49,480 bases of DNA from Octopus bimaculoides (taxonomy: Eukaryota). The stretch spans positions 50,943,397 to 50,992,876 of the forward strand of contig NC_068985.1 of assembly GCF_001194135.2 (NCBI RefSeq). Reading direction: 5' to 3'. Positions 24,277-37,958 of this stretch are shown here, piece by piece. The notes beneath the pieces are model-generated. The model saw only the letters and a list, made by a program, of their open reading frames with translations. It was not told the origin of the DNA and did not search any database. Position 1 is the first letter of the stretch, and each line of letters starts with the position of its first letter. The translations under genes were made by a program, and so were the position numbers.

Positions 24277-25049
24277 CTGAAACAAATGAGTAAATATTGA
24301 AATATTTTCAACATTCCTTCAAAATAAATTTATTGTTCAATGAATACAGCAATATTATCTGTAGTTAGGAAGACAACAGAGTAACTAAAATGGTAAGCAC
24401 ACTTTTTTAATGGCTTAGTGAAAGGAGAAATAATAGTAGCCATAACATTTGCAGGATATCCTTAGGGCTGAATAGTTTTGATTAAGGTAAAAGTTGATGA
24501 CTGGGGTGGAGGGAAGAAGATATCATGACTCAAGTTACTGCTATCCAATATTTTGATCTCAGCATATAACCCAGCTGGGTGCACCTCACAAAACAATTTT
24601 ATACTTACTCTCATGGACAAGAGAAAAAGACCATGCAGGATTATATACCAGCTGGTGGGGACTGCTTTTTAAAGTGCTAACTGCAAGTTTGGGTTCTTGT
24701 TCTATGAGCTGTGGCTCTCTACTGAGAAACCTTTTCCATCAGCACTATTTAACAAACAATAGGACTGTTAAAAGAAAGTTGCTGTAGTAAATAACACATC
24801 AAGTTATGTTATCTTCAAAGCAGAGATCTGGTTGGAATGCTTACAACAAAGTGATTTCCACTAAAGGTACCCAAGGGTCGATTACAGTATTTAGTTTAAT
24901 TTCTTTCCATTCTAAGTTCAAATGCTATCTACATTTAGTAACCTCTTGAGCTATATTTCCAAGTTGCTTTCTTCTCAGTGATAGTGAGGGCCAGTGTACT
25001 GCTAACATTCTGTACACATTTTCCTGCAATGTCTTGATTCTAGTATATT

Positions 25050-25530
25050 GCTTTGCAATCCAACTAATCACACACCTTTGATCTTCTTGTCACAGAACAT
25101 CGGCAAACCATTTATCCTTAGTTTCTCTGATGTCTAACTTCCCTTGGAGTTGCCTGAGTGGTCAAGACATACCACAGCACTTTTTTTGTGGTTTAGAAAG
25201 AGTCTTTCTAAATAACTGCCTAAGCTTCTAGATCTAGATCCTTATCTATTAGACAGTCTGTGTTCCCACTTTCTCTCCTGCGTGGGTACAAAATATGGAC
25301 CACACACAGCTACATCAAGACTCTAGAGGCTTTTAACATCTATTGACTCCAGAAGGTAGTTTTAGCATCTTGGCAAGATAGAATTATACACACAGAAGTT
25401 TGTCAAACTAATGCTAGCCACATTGAATCCATACATCACAGGCATCAACTAAGATATCTCAGACATGTTGAGCATATTTCTGACACATGTTTTTCCAGTA
25501 AGATCATCAAGAACCAACTACACCATGATC
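25050..25530 (+). mobile_element. Ancient RTE/BovB-like LINE C-terminal remnant
   Basis: LLRGYKIWTTHSYIKTLEAF...WQDRIIHTEV and HQLRYLRHVEHI resemble LYGCETWT...W.D.I.N.EV and QLRWLGHV. Confidence 0.5.
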
Positions 25531-26329
25531 AGATCTTGGTTAAGTGACAAAAGTTGTTCAAAGATCAATGAAAGTCATGTTAAAGAAGAGTAACATAAAC
25601 CCTATAGAAGTGAGACTGTACTGCCCACCTCTTACTTTGGTCGTTGCATAGTTCAAAGGGTAATGAAGACAGAGGAAAAATACACCCAAAACCAAAAGGA
25701 AAATCAGTATAAAAAAACATACACAGAGATCTACATTTATCCATATCATATTTATGCAACTCATCTTCAGCTTCACATCAAAGATTAAGATGTATAGCCA
25801 CCAAAATATCCATAAATTAAGTAGAAAGTGGTTACTATTAGATTTGCAATTAAACAAACATTTGCTCATTTTCAGTTTTTTGTAACCTTGGAAGTCTGAA
25901 ACAGTTGTGTAAAGCATATTTGTTCAATCAATATATTTGTAATGAGATAACAGTGATGATGGTGGTAGTTTTGTTCATGATGAAGATGATACTTGCACAA
26001 TGCTTGTCCATTTAATTCAAATTTTAAAGATTAGGGTGTTCTTTTGACAACTCCTGAACTGAGATGATAATAATAGTTGTGGTGATGGTGGTGAACATCA
26101 TCATCATCATCACTCCTAATACATCACTATTTCATTGGTGTCTTCCAGGAAGACCTGGAGCATTATCACTAAAACAGACATTTCCATGATGAATAGAACT
26201 AAAGTACAGAATGTTCACCAAGGAACACAGAATGTAAAAGTATCAAAAGTAATATCACAAAACAGTTTGACCAAAGCTCTTACAATTCCACCAATCCACA
26301 GCCCTAGACTGGATTTATTTACTTTATTG

Positions 26330-26610
26330 ACTCCAGAAGGATGAAAGACCAAATTTACTCAGCAGGATTTGAACTCAGAATGTAAAAAGCTGGAACAAAT
26401 ACTACATATCATTTATCCAATATTCTTATCATTTTGAAAATCTTTTGAATTTTTTCTGAGAAGAGAAGCTAGACATAAATATTGATTTTAAATTTTGGCA
26501 CAAGGCCAGCAATTTCAGGGAAGCAGTGAGTTGATTACATCAACCCCAGTGCTTAACTAGTACTTAATTTATACAAAGTCAACTTCAGAGGAATTTGAAC
26601 TTGGAACATA
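26330..26610 (-). mobile_element. Two fragments of the tRNA-derived SINE (also 19895-19990 and 46030-46200)
   Basis: GGAATTTGAACTCAGAATGTAAA and GGCACAAGGCCAGCAATTT...ACCCCAGT...AGTACTTAATTT segments. Confidence 0.6.
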
Positions 26611-26615
26611 TAGAT

Positions 26616-26990
26616 ATCATCATCGTCGTTGTTTAACATCCGCTTTCCATGCTAGCATAGGTTGGACGATTTGATTGATGATTGGTGAAACCAGATGGCT
26701 ACACCAGGCTCCAATCTGATTTGGCAGAGTTTCTACAGCTGGATGCCCTTCCTAATGCCAACCACTCCGAGAGTGTAGTGGGTGCTTTTACGTGCCACCA
26801 GCATGAAGGCCAGTCAGGCGGTACTGGCATCAGCCACGCTCAAAATGGTGTATTTTACGTGCCACCTGCACAGGAGCCAGTTCAGCGGCACTGGCAACAA
26901 TCTCACTCGAATGTCTTTACACATGCCATCCGGCACAAGTGCCAGGAAGGCGATGCTGGGCACAGGTGCCATGACGGTTTCGCTTGCCCC
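26616..26990 (-). mobile_element. 5'-truncated RTE tail
   Basis: Same family as 1-308; longer 3' UTR segment. Confidence 0.85.
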
Positions 26991-27271
26991 AATAGCTCTT
27001 CGCAAGACATACAAAATGCTAATCATTTTGCCCAGCATGTTATCGATTCTGCCAGTTCACTGCCTTAAGCTTGACACAAATATTATCAGTTAAGAACATT
27101 AAAAAATTACTTGAGAGATAAAAACTGCTAACAACTATCTTTTACTGACCTAAACTACAATCAAGGCAAAGAAGGATCTTTAATGTTTATTTTTGTATTA
27201 ACTGAATGTATTGAAAAGAGACATATTTCAAAAGTTCTTTTAAGGACTCTTAATGACAATTTAGGACTTAC

Positions 27272-27370
27272 AATTGTTTGAGCATCATGTAATTCTCGGC
27301 ATTGTATATGCATCACAAAGGGTTCAAATTTAAAAACAGCATCCCCAGTTATTTCTTCTAGTGGTGCTAC
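27272..27370 (-). CDS. TYW3: TYW3 coding exon 3
   Basis: VAPLEEITGDAVFKFEPFVMHIQCRELHDAQTI (conserved KFEPFVxHxQCR); CACAG acceptor, GTAAGT donor, 99 bp. Confidence 0.96.
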
Positions 27371-29089
27371 CTGTGAATATTGCAAGCAAACATCATAAAA
27401 CAGATAATGAATATGAATTTAAGTTCAATTTCAACACATTTATTTACCCATAACCACAGAGGTTAAACAATATTGATTACTTATCCTACTAGAAATAGCA
27501 ACCAAATCTCCCAGAAATTGATATTATTGTCTTTAAAAAAGGATACATTGAATAAAGTAATTCAAGATACATTTTCACAAAATATTTAAAAAAAAGAGTT
27601 AGAGACAATGGTCGCCTGGACCACTGCTGGTCAATAATTGCTAGCATAGGGTTAAACAAGCTAACACACTTTGCTATTACTATTCTTATTATTCCCCTGG
27701 ACATCACATTTTAACTCCAAGATATCAGTTGCTGAACTAATCACTGTCTGAGTCTATCACTGAAATATCATTATTACTTTAATATTTACTCATATTTGTA
27801 TTCCTCTATTTCATTGTCTTATTACATTTAGTTGAACTCATGTTCCACACACAATATTTCATTTATCATCTCATTATTTTCAGTTCTTTGTTTTAGATAA
27901 CTATACCTACTGCAATGACTGTACTAAAATATGAACACAATCATTTAGTCTTTCTCACTTGAATCTCTCTTTCCAAACTTCTAACTAACAACTGAAAGAT
28001 TACTGATGAAGATCAAGCAATAGTTATAGCTGTGGTTTAACCTTAAGTCAGCCCTGATCAAGCAAACCTAAAGAAAGCCCATCCACAATCAGTATATAAT
28101 TTTTATAGGACCATATGTCTGTTTGCTTTTGAAGAGTGTAATTTTAAAAATAATTCAGCTACCAATTCTAGTAGGTCAAAAAATCATGTAGAAGTTCCTT
28201 CATTGGTCCAATCTAGCTAGATCAGAATGTCTCTCCAGCTAAATGCTTTAAAATAATGATTAGGTACATATTTTAAGATAATTGAGTTTCTAACAGACTT
28301 TTTACCATTTTACAGTCAGCTCCAAAGAGCTGACTGGTCCTCCACTCACATACTCTCTCCTCATTTATCACTCCTTTTGCCACCTATATTTTGTCCACTA
28401 CCTTCAACCAAGTGTTATCTCTTTACAAACTTTCATTTTCGTAAAAGTTATTAAAATACAGTCACAAATTTAACGAAGTATTTCTGAACTTCTTTCATTT
28501 TCTTTTATCAAGAACTTTATTGTTTTATTCCATATTTATCTCACCATCTAATATCAATATTATTCAGTTCTAATCATCCTTTGTAAAGTTCATAGTCTCA
28601 TCAATTATCATGAAAAAAAAAAATAATGGTGCCCGTAACCCTCAGTGATACCTCAAGTCTTTCATACAAAATTAGTATTTCACAAGAAAGACCAGGGAGT
28701 TAAAACGTGTTGGGCTGCCAGCTGAAGAATCAGACAGTCATCACTAGCTGACTCAATCTACTTAATAATACATAGATGCCATATAATACAACACCTTGCT
28801 CTATGAAACAGGAGCACAGTATAATTTAACAAGTGATCTGTTGGCCTATAGTATTGAGTATAGTACATCTTTCAAGCCAAGAGAAGGCGACAAGAAACTG
28901 CTTCAGCTCACAATCTCTCAGAACAGAAATTCATAGTCAGCCACTGAAATGAGTATTGATGTGGTTCTGGGTTTTGCTAAGATTTGTGTGATGGTCAATG
29001 GTCACTCTATTCACAAATAATGGAGAATCCTTATCCTCAAAAAACTAACCAAAAGCATTAAAAAGACAAATTAAATTAAATATGTTTAC

Positions 29090-29167
29090 AGTATCCTCAA
29101 GATGGACCAGCTCATGAGTTGTAAAAAGCCATCGACAGCCTTTCTTCTTCACTCCATCAGATTCAGC
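29090..29167 (-). CDS. TYW3: TYW3 coding exon 2
   Basis: AESDGVKKKGCRWLFTTHELVHLEDT (KKxCxWLxxTH motif); TTTTTAG acceptor, GTAAAC donor, 78 bp. Confidence 0.9.
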
Positions 29168-30407
29168 CTAAAAAATGAAAATAATATAAAATAAATACAA
29201 GCAATATTCAAACTTACAATTAAACTGAACACAGAAGAGGGTCTATTGTGAATCCTATCTTTTCATTACATATATTAGTACATTTTGGACAAGGAGGAAA
29301 TCGAGAGAAACACTTAACTCACATAAGTAAACTAAAGGGGAGTCATTTCCGTTGCCATAATATTGTTACCCTAGCTAACTAGGAAGAACCCTGATTAAAG
29401 ATGTTCCAACCATGACCATCCTATCTCATTTTACAAAGTGGCACAGGCATAGTTATGTAGTTAAGAAGTTCACTTCACAACCACATGGCTTTGCAGCACC
29501 TTGAGCAAGTGCCTTCCATGATAGAACCAGACCAACCAATGACTTGTGAAGGTCTGTGTTAGATGAGATAGAAACTAGGCAGAAATCTGAGATATATATA
29601 CACATATATACAGTGCAGGATTTACCATTGTGCTTAGGTGTACACAAGCACAGGGTTCTGTTGAACAGTTGTTGGGGGTGACCCATCTTCCTGACCCCCA
29701 AATTTTTTATGATGAATTGTTCAAATGTCAAACATTCAAATATTTTTCCTAAAACTTACAAAAGTGAAATTAATAATGTGAATGCTTTTACACAATTTTT
29801 TTAACATAGCATCGTGTATAAACAATTGACTGTCCAAGTAACTTAACTAGCACAGGGCCTCATTTGTCTTAAATCTGGCACTGCATACGTATTGCTACTG
29901 TCTTACAGACAGTTCATTCATATGCAAACTTCCATGAAAGTATATCCAGCCATTGTGCTGTTTATGTTTAAAGATGTAAAGGAAATATTATCTTGCTTGG
30001 AAACAGGTAAGGGTTAACAATAGCAAATACATACAGTTTTAAAAAATTTGCCTCAATGAATCTCATCTGTCACAAGCAAGCCTGGAAAAGTGGACATTAT
30101 ATATGTGTGTGTGTACCAACTAAGCTTTTTGTATATAGTGCTCAGATGCATTACAAACCATTAGAAAAGAGTAAAGAAAGACACCAATGATAGCCAAAAA
30201 TACATAGATAATACTCAGGGAAAAACACAAGACAGAAAGGTTAACAAAACCCATAAAGAAGAAAGGATGCACAGGCATGTCAGGGGAGCACATGAGATTT
30301 CTAAAAGGTTAAAATAATGTTATTAACTGATGGTGTCATTCATTACTGAGAGTACAGCTAAATCTATTGTGAAGTCCCAGTAACTCGACCGTCATTATAT
30401 ATATATA

Positions 30408-30447
<40 letters not shown>

Positions 30448-30451
<4 letters not shown>

Positions 30452-30765
30452 TCATCATCATCATTTAACATCCGCTTTCCATGCTAGCATAGGTTGGACG
30501 GTTTGACTGAGGACTGGTGAACCAGATGGCTACACCAGGCTCTCCAATCTGATTTGGCAGAGTTTCTACAGCTGGATGCCCTTCCTAACGCCAACCACTC
30601 CGAGAGTGTAGTGGGTGCTTTTACGTGCCACTGGCACGAAGGCCAGTCAGGCGGTACTGGCAACGGCCACGCTCAAAATGGTGTATTTTACGTGCCACCT
30701 GCACAGGAGCCAGTCCAGCGGCACTGGCAACGATCTCGCTCGAATGTCTTTACACGTGCCACCGG
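30448..30765 (-). mobile_element. 5'-truncated RTE tail
   Basis: (TA)n-(CAT)n-TTTAACATCCGCTTTCCATGCTAGC..., same family as 26616-26990. Confidence 0.87.
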
Positions 30766-30876
30766 GAAAACAAATATGAAAACGAAAATGAAAACAAACA
30801 TGGAGGGTCATTAGACCAGACGAAGGTAAAATAGCGAACGCTGGAGAAATATTTCCTTTGACAAGAGAAAAGATAG

Positions 30877-31331
30877 AAGGTAAAGGTGACGCATTAGATA
30901 GAAATAATTACAGCGGTATCAAGTTGTTGGATGAGGTAACAAAGGTCACGGAGAGGGTCATAGCCCAACTAATTAGGGAGAGAGTCAGCCTAGATGAGAT
31001 GCAGTCTGGGTCCATGCTAGGGAAATCACCACTGATGCTATATTTCTGGTAAGACAGCTGTAGGAGAAATATCCAGCCAAAGATAAACTTCTGTACCTGG
31101 TTTTTGTTTACATGGAGAAAGCCTTTGACAGGGTCCCCCGCTCCCTTATCTGGTGGTCAATGAGGAAACTAGGGATAGGTGAATGGTTAGTGAGAGCTGT
31201 GCAAGCCATGTACAGGGATGCTGTCAGTAAGGTGAGAGTTGGCAATAAGTACAGTGAAGAATTCTGGGTAGGGGTAGTGGCCCACCAAGGATCAGTCCTC
31301 AGCCTCCTCTTATTCATCATAGTCCTCCAGT
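30877..31331 (+). mobile_element. RTE LINE reverse transcriptase fragment (frameshifted)
   Basis: NYSGIKLLDEVTKVTERVIAQLIR...EKAFDRVPRSLIWWSMRKLG...HQGSVLSLLLFIIVLQ. Confidence 0.88.
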
Positions 31332-32044
31332 TCTCTTTTAAGACGACCGGCTATAGGATGTCGTTACGGCATATAGATTTTGTTTGTGTTTGTCGCTGGG
31401 AAAAGGGAAAATCCTCCAAATTTATGGTGCTCCAGGGATACAAAGCGGTTAAGGAACGAGCAATATAGCAACAACAGCATAAGCTGTAAACATTCTCCAG
31501 GTAAGTGAAACAGTAGAAACGGAAGCAAAGTAGTGATTGTTTACATTGTCATCGGACAAGACTCATCGTTAGAGGGAGGTGTATTTTGGTGAAACAAAAT
31601 TAATAACTAATCTATATATTTATTAACATAAAAATATCTCTCACCAATGAATGGTTGTTCTACTTTTCAACTGTTTATTCCCCAGATACCCCGTGAATGA
31701 ACAGGAAGATATAAACCTAACGTATATAAAACAAGTGAAATATCAAAATATGCAAACCATTTTATTCGTCCTTTCATTAATGCCATATTAGTGTATCTGT
31801 ATATGCGTGTGATATAGTAAAACGACAATTGTGATAATGTACGCAAAAATATTCAGGCCTAAGACTAACAAGTTGATCGTAGATACAACTTCAGGAATAA
31901 AAACATTACCGGACCAGCAGACAAAATTATATTAGCTATATCAGATACAGAAACACGTGCATATCATTACACTAAGTCCCTTCATAGCCATAAGCACGTA
32001 TTTGTGTTTCTCTGTATGTATGCAATACAATGAAAAAAACTTAC

Positions 32045-32212
32045 ATCTTCGAATATTATAATTCTGCCAGAACAAGAACTTGTTGTGAAGTATTGTTCTA
32101 GGGAATTGATATATTGGCAAAGAGATAAGATGGGCGCATCAATAGATCCCTTTCGGCTGCAGTCTATTTTAGAAAGATTGTTCTTTTTTTGAAGCGCGAA
32201 TGATTTAGCCAT
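32045..32212 (-). CDS. TYW3: TYW3 (tRNA wybutosine-synthesizing protein 3, SAM-dependent methyltransferase) coding exon 1
   Basis: MAKSF...KIDCSRKGSIDAPI...INSLEQYFTTSSCSGRIIIFED has the DxSxKGSID and TTSSCxGR signatures; GTAAGT donor, 168 bp; the 7 exons give 201 aa with consistent phases. Confidence 0.96.
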
Positions 32213-34208
32213 GTTAAAAACAAACTCACATGTACCAGATGAATCATTCGCGTAAGTAAGGATGACAAAAATAACTTTTATTCGTCGTCGTCATCAATAA
32301 CAAGGTTGGTGAAATTGCACACGAGCTGTCATTTTTATGGGAGATAACTCTGATTACATTTTTAATATTTCGTGCCTATACTTTAATCCTCACGTTTTAT
32401 TGGGAGATTAGTGTGATTTATACTCAGAAACTGTGTTGTATGGTGGAGGAAATAATCTAATATAGAGTGAATAACTTATTTAAACTAGAAAACAAACGGA
32501 TAATCCCTAGAATTCAAGGAACTTCAAAGTAGGCACTATTAGTAAGAGCGAATACTGTGCAAGGCGCTTGAGTGTACCTCGACGTGTTCGTTCAATCCGC
32601 TACAAATAGCCGTCAAATGACCCCAAATAATACTAAATAATAGACAGAATTATCACAGTTCAATTCTCATCGTTGAGATGAATATAATGTTGCAAATCTT
32701 ACACAAATTAAGTCAATCACCACAGATGTATTCAGTTGAATTAATAGCCATTACTAGTTTCATGGTTTTACACTAATGTCCTTTCCTTCGTTTCATTGTT
32801 TTAATATGATAAATTGTAAATAATGTTCAAGGCGTTGTTAATAACGAAAAAAGCACAGTAAAAACATATAATCTGACTTGTTGACTGATTGTAAAATGAA
32901 AAAATATTTAGCTTCTTTGACTGAGGCCTTCATTTAAGTCATTCTCAATGAAATGATTTTGGTCGTGATTTTGCTTCTATTAAAAGTCTCTAAGCACACA
33001 TTCTTAATACCCTTTTGTTACTAATAAATGTTTTCCATCGACAACATCATTAGAGTAACTGAGAAAATTACCAGCTATATTTGGTTACAGCTTATTACAT
33101 TGAGTTCAAATAAAGTATCAGAGAAATACTAGGTTGATTTAATATTCCTTTGAAGCAACCTAAACGTAAATTAAATTATAATAGAAGACTTGAATGGTTC
33201 TAAATATTTTAATGATTGACTGTTTTCTCAGGTGGATACATCTAATGATGATTATCAATAAAGACACAAGAAAACTAATAGAATAATATGATTTATATGT
33301 AGAACCAGTAGCGGAGAGCCTGAATTCAAAAGACTGAAGATTCTCATCAACTCAAAAACAGCTGATGTCTGGGGCACTCTTGTCTAAAGTTAAACAACTT
33401 GTTTTTGTCAGGCAAATTTGATTGATCCTATCTATGACCAAAGACATTCCAACCATGACCATCTTATGGCAGCATTGTTAGGGATGGGTATGAGAACCAA
33501 GAGAAATGAGCATTGAAGCCACTGAGGATGATTTTGGAATGGCAAGAAATGAGATATATGTTCTCAATGCAGAAGAGATATGGTTAAAGTGTTGTTGATA
33601 GTTCAAGGAACTTGGAAAGAAAAAAAGGGAGTAGATATATTTGAGGGAGCAAGAAAGGAGACTCTGAGTTGTATTGCTGAGATACAGGTGAGAGGGGTAA
33701 ATGAAGAAGATAGTGTAGTCTATGTATGCACAGATATCATCTTTTGAAGAGAAGCTTGAGTTGAGGATGTGTTTTGAACAGCACAGATGAATTGTAGATG
33801 GGGCTTGAAGAATTTGCATGTCAGAGAGAAATAAGATACGTGGTTTATGAATGCCAGGAACACGGTTCAAGTTGATTTTTATACCCATAACCTCCACAAG
33901 ATACACATGCATTTCAGTTTTCATAACAATTGTTTGCGACTGTCACCCACGACATTCAATACAGCTGCATTTTGACATCTTATTTCAGGGAAAGTTGAAA
34001 GGTTACCTGCGATTTGGGTCTTGGCCATAAACCAGCATGTCTTGGAATATTTACACTTACATCCCTGAAATAAATTTTTGGAATTTACCATATAAAAATG
34101 ACATTTGAAAAAATCACATTTTTTTTGTAGTTCAGTGTGCATTGTTTAACGTAGGATGAATGAGAAAGAAGTACTCAGTACATGTTGTAGAGGATATGTC
34201 ATTTTTTA

Positions 34209-34324
34209 TTAAAACTGAAGCTGAGATCTTGCTTTGCAACATGAGTTTCACATCACTACTTTACCTGAAGATCTCAGTTGTGTGAAACTCAAGTTGTGAG
34301 ACAAGCTCTCAGCTTCAGTTTTAA
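34209..34324. repeat. Short hairpin / MITE-like palindrome
   Basis: 44-nt arms with about 38 matches: TTAAAACTGAAGCTGAGA...TGAGTTTCACA and its complement. Confidence 0.7.
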
Positions 34325-34439
34325 GAAATTAATTGATATATATATATATATATAATAATATTAGGGACAAAATCCAAAATTACAGGTAAAAACTCAATTA
34401 AAATCAATTTATAAAAAATTAAAATTAAATTGAGCTTTA

Positions 34440-35200
34440 CAGATTAAAATATATATAAATTATCATGGTGCAGGATAACTCTATGTCTTTTGACTAGAGC
34501 CAGTTGGTTTTTGAACAAAACTTGACATTCGAGTCGTTGACAATGAAGTTCTGCAGAGATGCTTTTCCCTTATTCCAATAATTTGAAGTGAACAATACCT
34601 ATTGTATTCCACCAAATACAGAGCAAAAATTTCTTTGGGTATTGGAACTAGAATTTCATTTGGTGAAAACCACTGCTTCTTGTATTTATTGTTGGAATAA
34701 ACTATCCATTTCTCATCACCTGTTACAATTTAATTAAGAAAGTATTTCTTCAATCCTGATTAGCAATTTATTAAATGCACTGCTTTATTCTCAAGGAAAG
34801 ATCATGAGGTACTCATATACCTTCCTTATACATTCTCCCAACATGTTTGAGATGATCTTCTGCAGTGGACCAAGGTTTATTAAGCTCCCTGGTTTTTTGA
34901 CACAGATCCCCTTCAATTCCTGTTTTCACGGTGTCATTATTGAGAACAGTAGGTATTTCTGATTGATATCCATATAAAAGATTGCAGTCACCATTTTTGA
35001 ATTTGTCAAATTATCTTTGGCATTTCCAAATGCTCACACCATCAGGATATATAGTACATATGTTTCTCCTTGCATGTGTTAACCTTACAAAATTCATTAA
35101 GCATGCAATACCAAATATGCAGCTCACTAAAGTCCTTGTTTTCCATGGGCTATCAGACAGAGTATACAAACACACAGTACATGTCCACGTTATGTTTGGT
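34440..35200 (-). mobile_element. Decayed mariner transposase, a different subfamily from 6590-7445
   Basis: VPHDL, IVTGDEKWIVYSNNKYKKQW, WWNTIGIVHFKLLE, KRHRVILHHDN with stops. Confidence 0.85.
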
Positions 35201-36309
35201 CATTAACATTATGTTGATTGTTTGATTGCAAGGACACCTTTTATTGGCTTGAAAACTATTTGTGATATGATAGCAGACTATTTCCTTGAACATATGGTAT
35301 TACTACTTTACAGCACTCCTAATGTGTGTGTGTGCGTGTGCACATGTGTGCGTGTAGTGCAGTATTTAGGGTATAGCATATAACCAATCTTTAGATCTCT
35401 ATGTGTTCCTTTATTTTGAAAGATTTGTCTGTGAAGAGAAATCCAAGAGTATTTTGTAGTTGTTCTTTGTCAATATTAAAAACAGAATAAATATAGAAAA
35501 ATAAAAGTGGAAATATGTTCATACACTTGTTATATCCTTACACATTTTTCACTAAAGAAAAGATCATTTATACAAAAGATATACCTTACAATAAGATAAC
35601 ATCATGAAATCAGAGAGACTTTACAGAAACAATGTAACTGTCAGAATACTACAAATTATCTCAAAGCTAACATTGCATCTATTATACAAACTCTGATGAT
35701 TTTATGATGCAAGGTATATTGTAAGATATACCCTTGCATAAATGATCTATTCACTCATGAAAAATGAACACACCTCCACTTCTACTTTATGTATATATGA
35801 TTTTTATGTTCATTTTCCATGCGGGAATGGGTTAGACAGGTCATCAGTCTTGAGTCAATTCTTTTCCAGACTTACTGTCCTCCAAGACAGGTCAAAGGAC
35901 ATATTTCACATATCTAACTCGGCTTTAGTAGGGTTTCTGCAGATGGATGCCTTTTCTAACACTAACCGCTTGAAAGAATATTCTGGATGAATCTTTTGAG
36001 ATCACTTTGAATGTCACAAAACTGAAGAGTGCTCACTACTCTAAGAAGGAGAATAGAGAGAGAAGATAATGACAAAAGCTGAGCTTAGTGTGAGAGAAGC
36101 AAAAATGTATGTATGTATCTTCTTGCCAATAGAAAATGAGCTGGTTTCTAACCTAGTTCCAAGGCTCTGTTACAGGAATTTCAGCAACATCAATAGGGTA
36201 TTTGTGCATGTTTCTATGTACTTGTGCAATATTTGGATTCAGTGCATATGCAAATTTGTATGTTTTGTTTTATTAACATGCATATAGTTAAATGTCTAGA
36301 CATGTGCAT

Positions 36310-36700
36310 ATGCACTTAAATGATAAACTTTTGGAAAATTTTACAAATCCTGTCAGTTCCATTGATGACTTGTATTTGTAATCTTCTAATTAGCTTCCTT
36401 CTTTCTGATTTTGAGAAGCCTAATTTCTTGATATTGGTGCTGAGGCTGCTTGTTACATATCCTAATGCCCAAATAATAACAGATATAAATCTGGACTTGT
36501 AAAGTAGCTGTACATTTCTCAATAGTTCAGCATAGATGCTTTCTTTTTGGCTGATCTTTACCTTTATGTTGACATCTGCTGAGCAACTAATTTCCACTAC
36601 TGTACAAAGTTTCTCCTTCCTGTCACGTGGGTCTTTATTGCTTTGGCTTCAATGTTATCATCATTGTATAGTGTCTTTGCTACATCACATCTCATCAGCA
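36310..36700 (-). mobile_element. Remnant of a restriction-like-endonuclease non-LTR retrotransposon (Dong/R4/NeSL-like)
   Basis: DRKEKLCTVVEISCSADVNIKVKISQKESIYAELL...VIIWALGYV...LQIQVINGT matches the RLE C-terminal pattern (D...KExEKxxKYxxL...GALG...LQ..A..GT). Confidence 0.7.
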
Positions 36701-37907
36701 GATAATAAAACAATGGCATTTTTGTGTAGGTGATATCTTTGGTATTAACTCCACAAAGTTTGCATTGGTTATCACCTTTTGGTGTTTTCCAGCATCTCTG
36801 CCCCTTTTGTGCATCAAGAATTTGGTTGCTATTTTCTGTTCATGGATTGCATATACAAAATATGTATGTATGTATGTATGTTTTTGCAAATACACATACA
36901 GATATATTCATTCAAAAAACACAAAGACATTTTTACTTATAAAGATAATATATTCTAACAACAAAAAATACATTTTGTAAACCCTTTGCATAAACCAGAA
37001 TCAATTATAAGTGTGTGTAAATATTAATACGTGATTGTTATTCAAATATGATGTCAAATGATATAATAAAATTAGTGTATAATCTTCCAGTTAGTCTTAG
37101 CAATTAATTTTAACAACATAATTAACAACTGAAACAAACATCAATTCAAATGAAGACATGATATGGATAGTATAAAAATTAAAACATAAACAACATATGA
37201 AACAAAAATCAGATTTGATATGCTTTTAAATTCAAATTGCAAAGATACTATTGTTATTTTCTGTAATAAATTTACTTTCAAAATATTTTTTTAAAGTTTT
37301 TAATCAAATTTTCTTTTATTTTTCACTTGGGAATAGGTGATAGAGCCTTTATGACAAATTTCCATCTCATAATAATATGTTTATAATTTTTTTTTTAAAT
37401 TTACAACCAAAGGTAAGAGTAGATTCTACAGTAGGTTTTTCACAAACATGGGCCAAAGAAAATCAGTTTGTCTTTTATGTCTAGAGGGATGTAAGATGAA
37501 AATTAATTTTGCAATTTGTTGAGAAAGATAAACAAATATTGGAAATACTCTAGTGCCACTAAAATGCATGAGGCGTTCTATCTGTAACTATATTGTGATT
37601 ATATAAAATTGGTTAAAATACAATGCTGGATATATTTTTATTATTACTTTTTTTCTTTTGTAGGGAAGGAGAAATATCAGCAATATTATTAAAATTATCA
37701 AGGGTCTACAATACTAAAAAAAACAGGTTACAAAATATTATTCTATAAAATCAAAATATTTTTTTCTGCAAAGTTTTAACATCAAACTCAGATTTGCTAT
37801 TTACATGGAGTGTAAATTTTTGAAATTGTTCTGTACTTGCAGATCACAGATAGCAAACATTGTACTGAACAAAATTTATCCAGCTACAAAGTTACATACA
37901 AGTTGTG

Positions 37908-37908
37908 T

Positions 37909-37957
<49 letters not shown>
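37908..37957. repeat. (CA)n microsatellite
   Basis: Direct reading. Confidence 0.95.

Positions 37958-37958
<1 letters not shown>

Noticed and set aside
26682-27093. Recurrent ORFs MKPDGxTRLQSDLAEFLQLDALPNANHSESVVGAF (also 4374, 9660, 30554)
   Set aside because: Antisense reading of the RTE 3' UTR; recurrence reflects repeat copies, not a protein family
33478-33924. 148-aa ORF as a gene
   Set aside because: Low-complexity S/L/F-rich translation without splice logic; probably a decayed LINE, too weak to annotate
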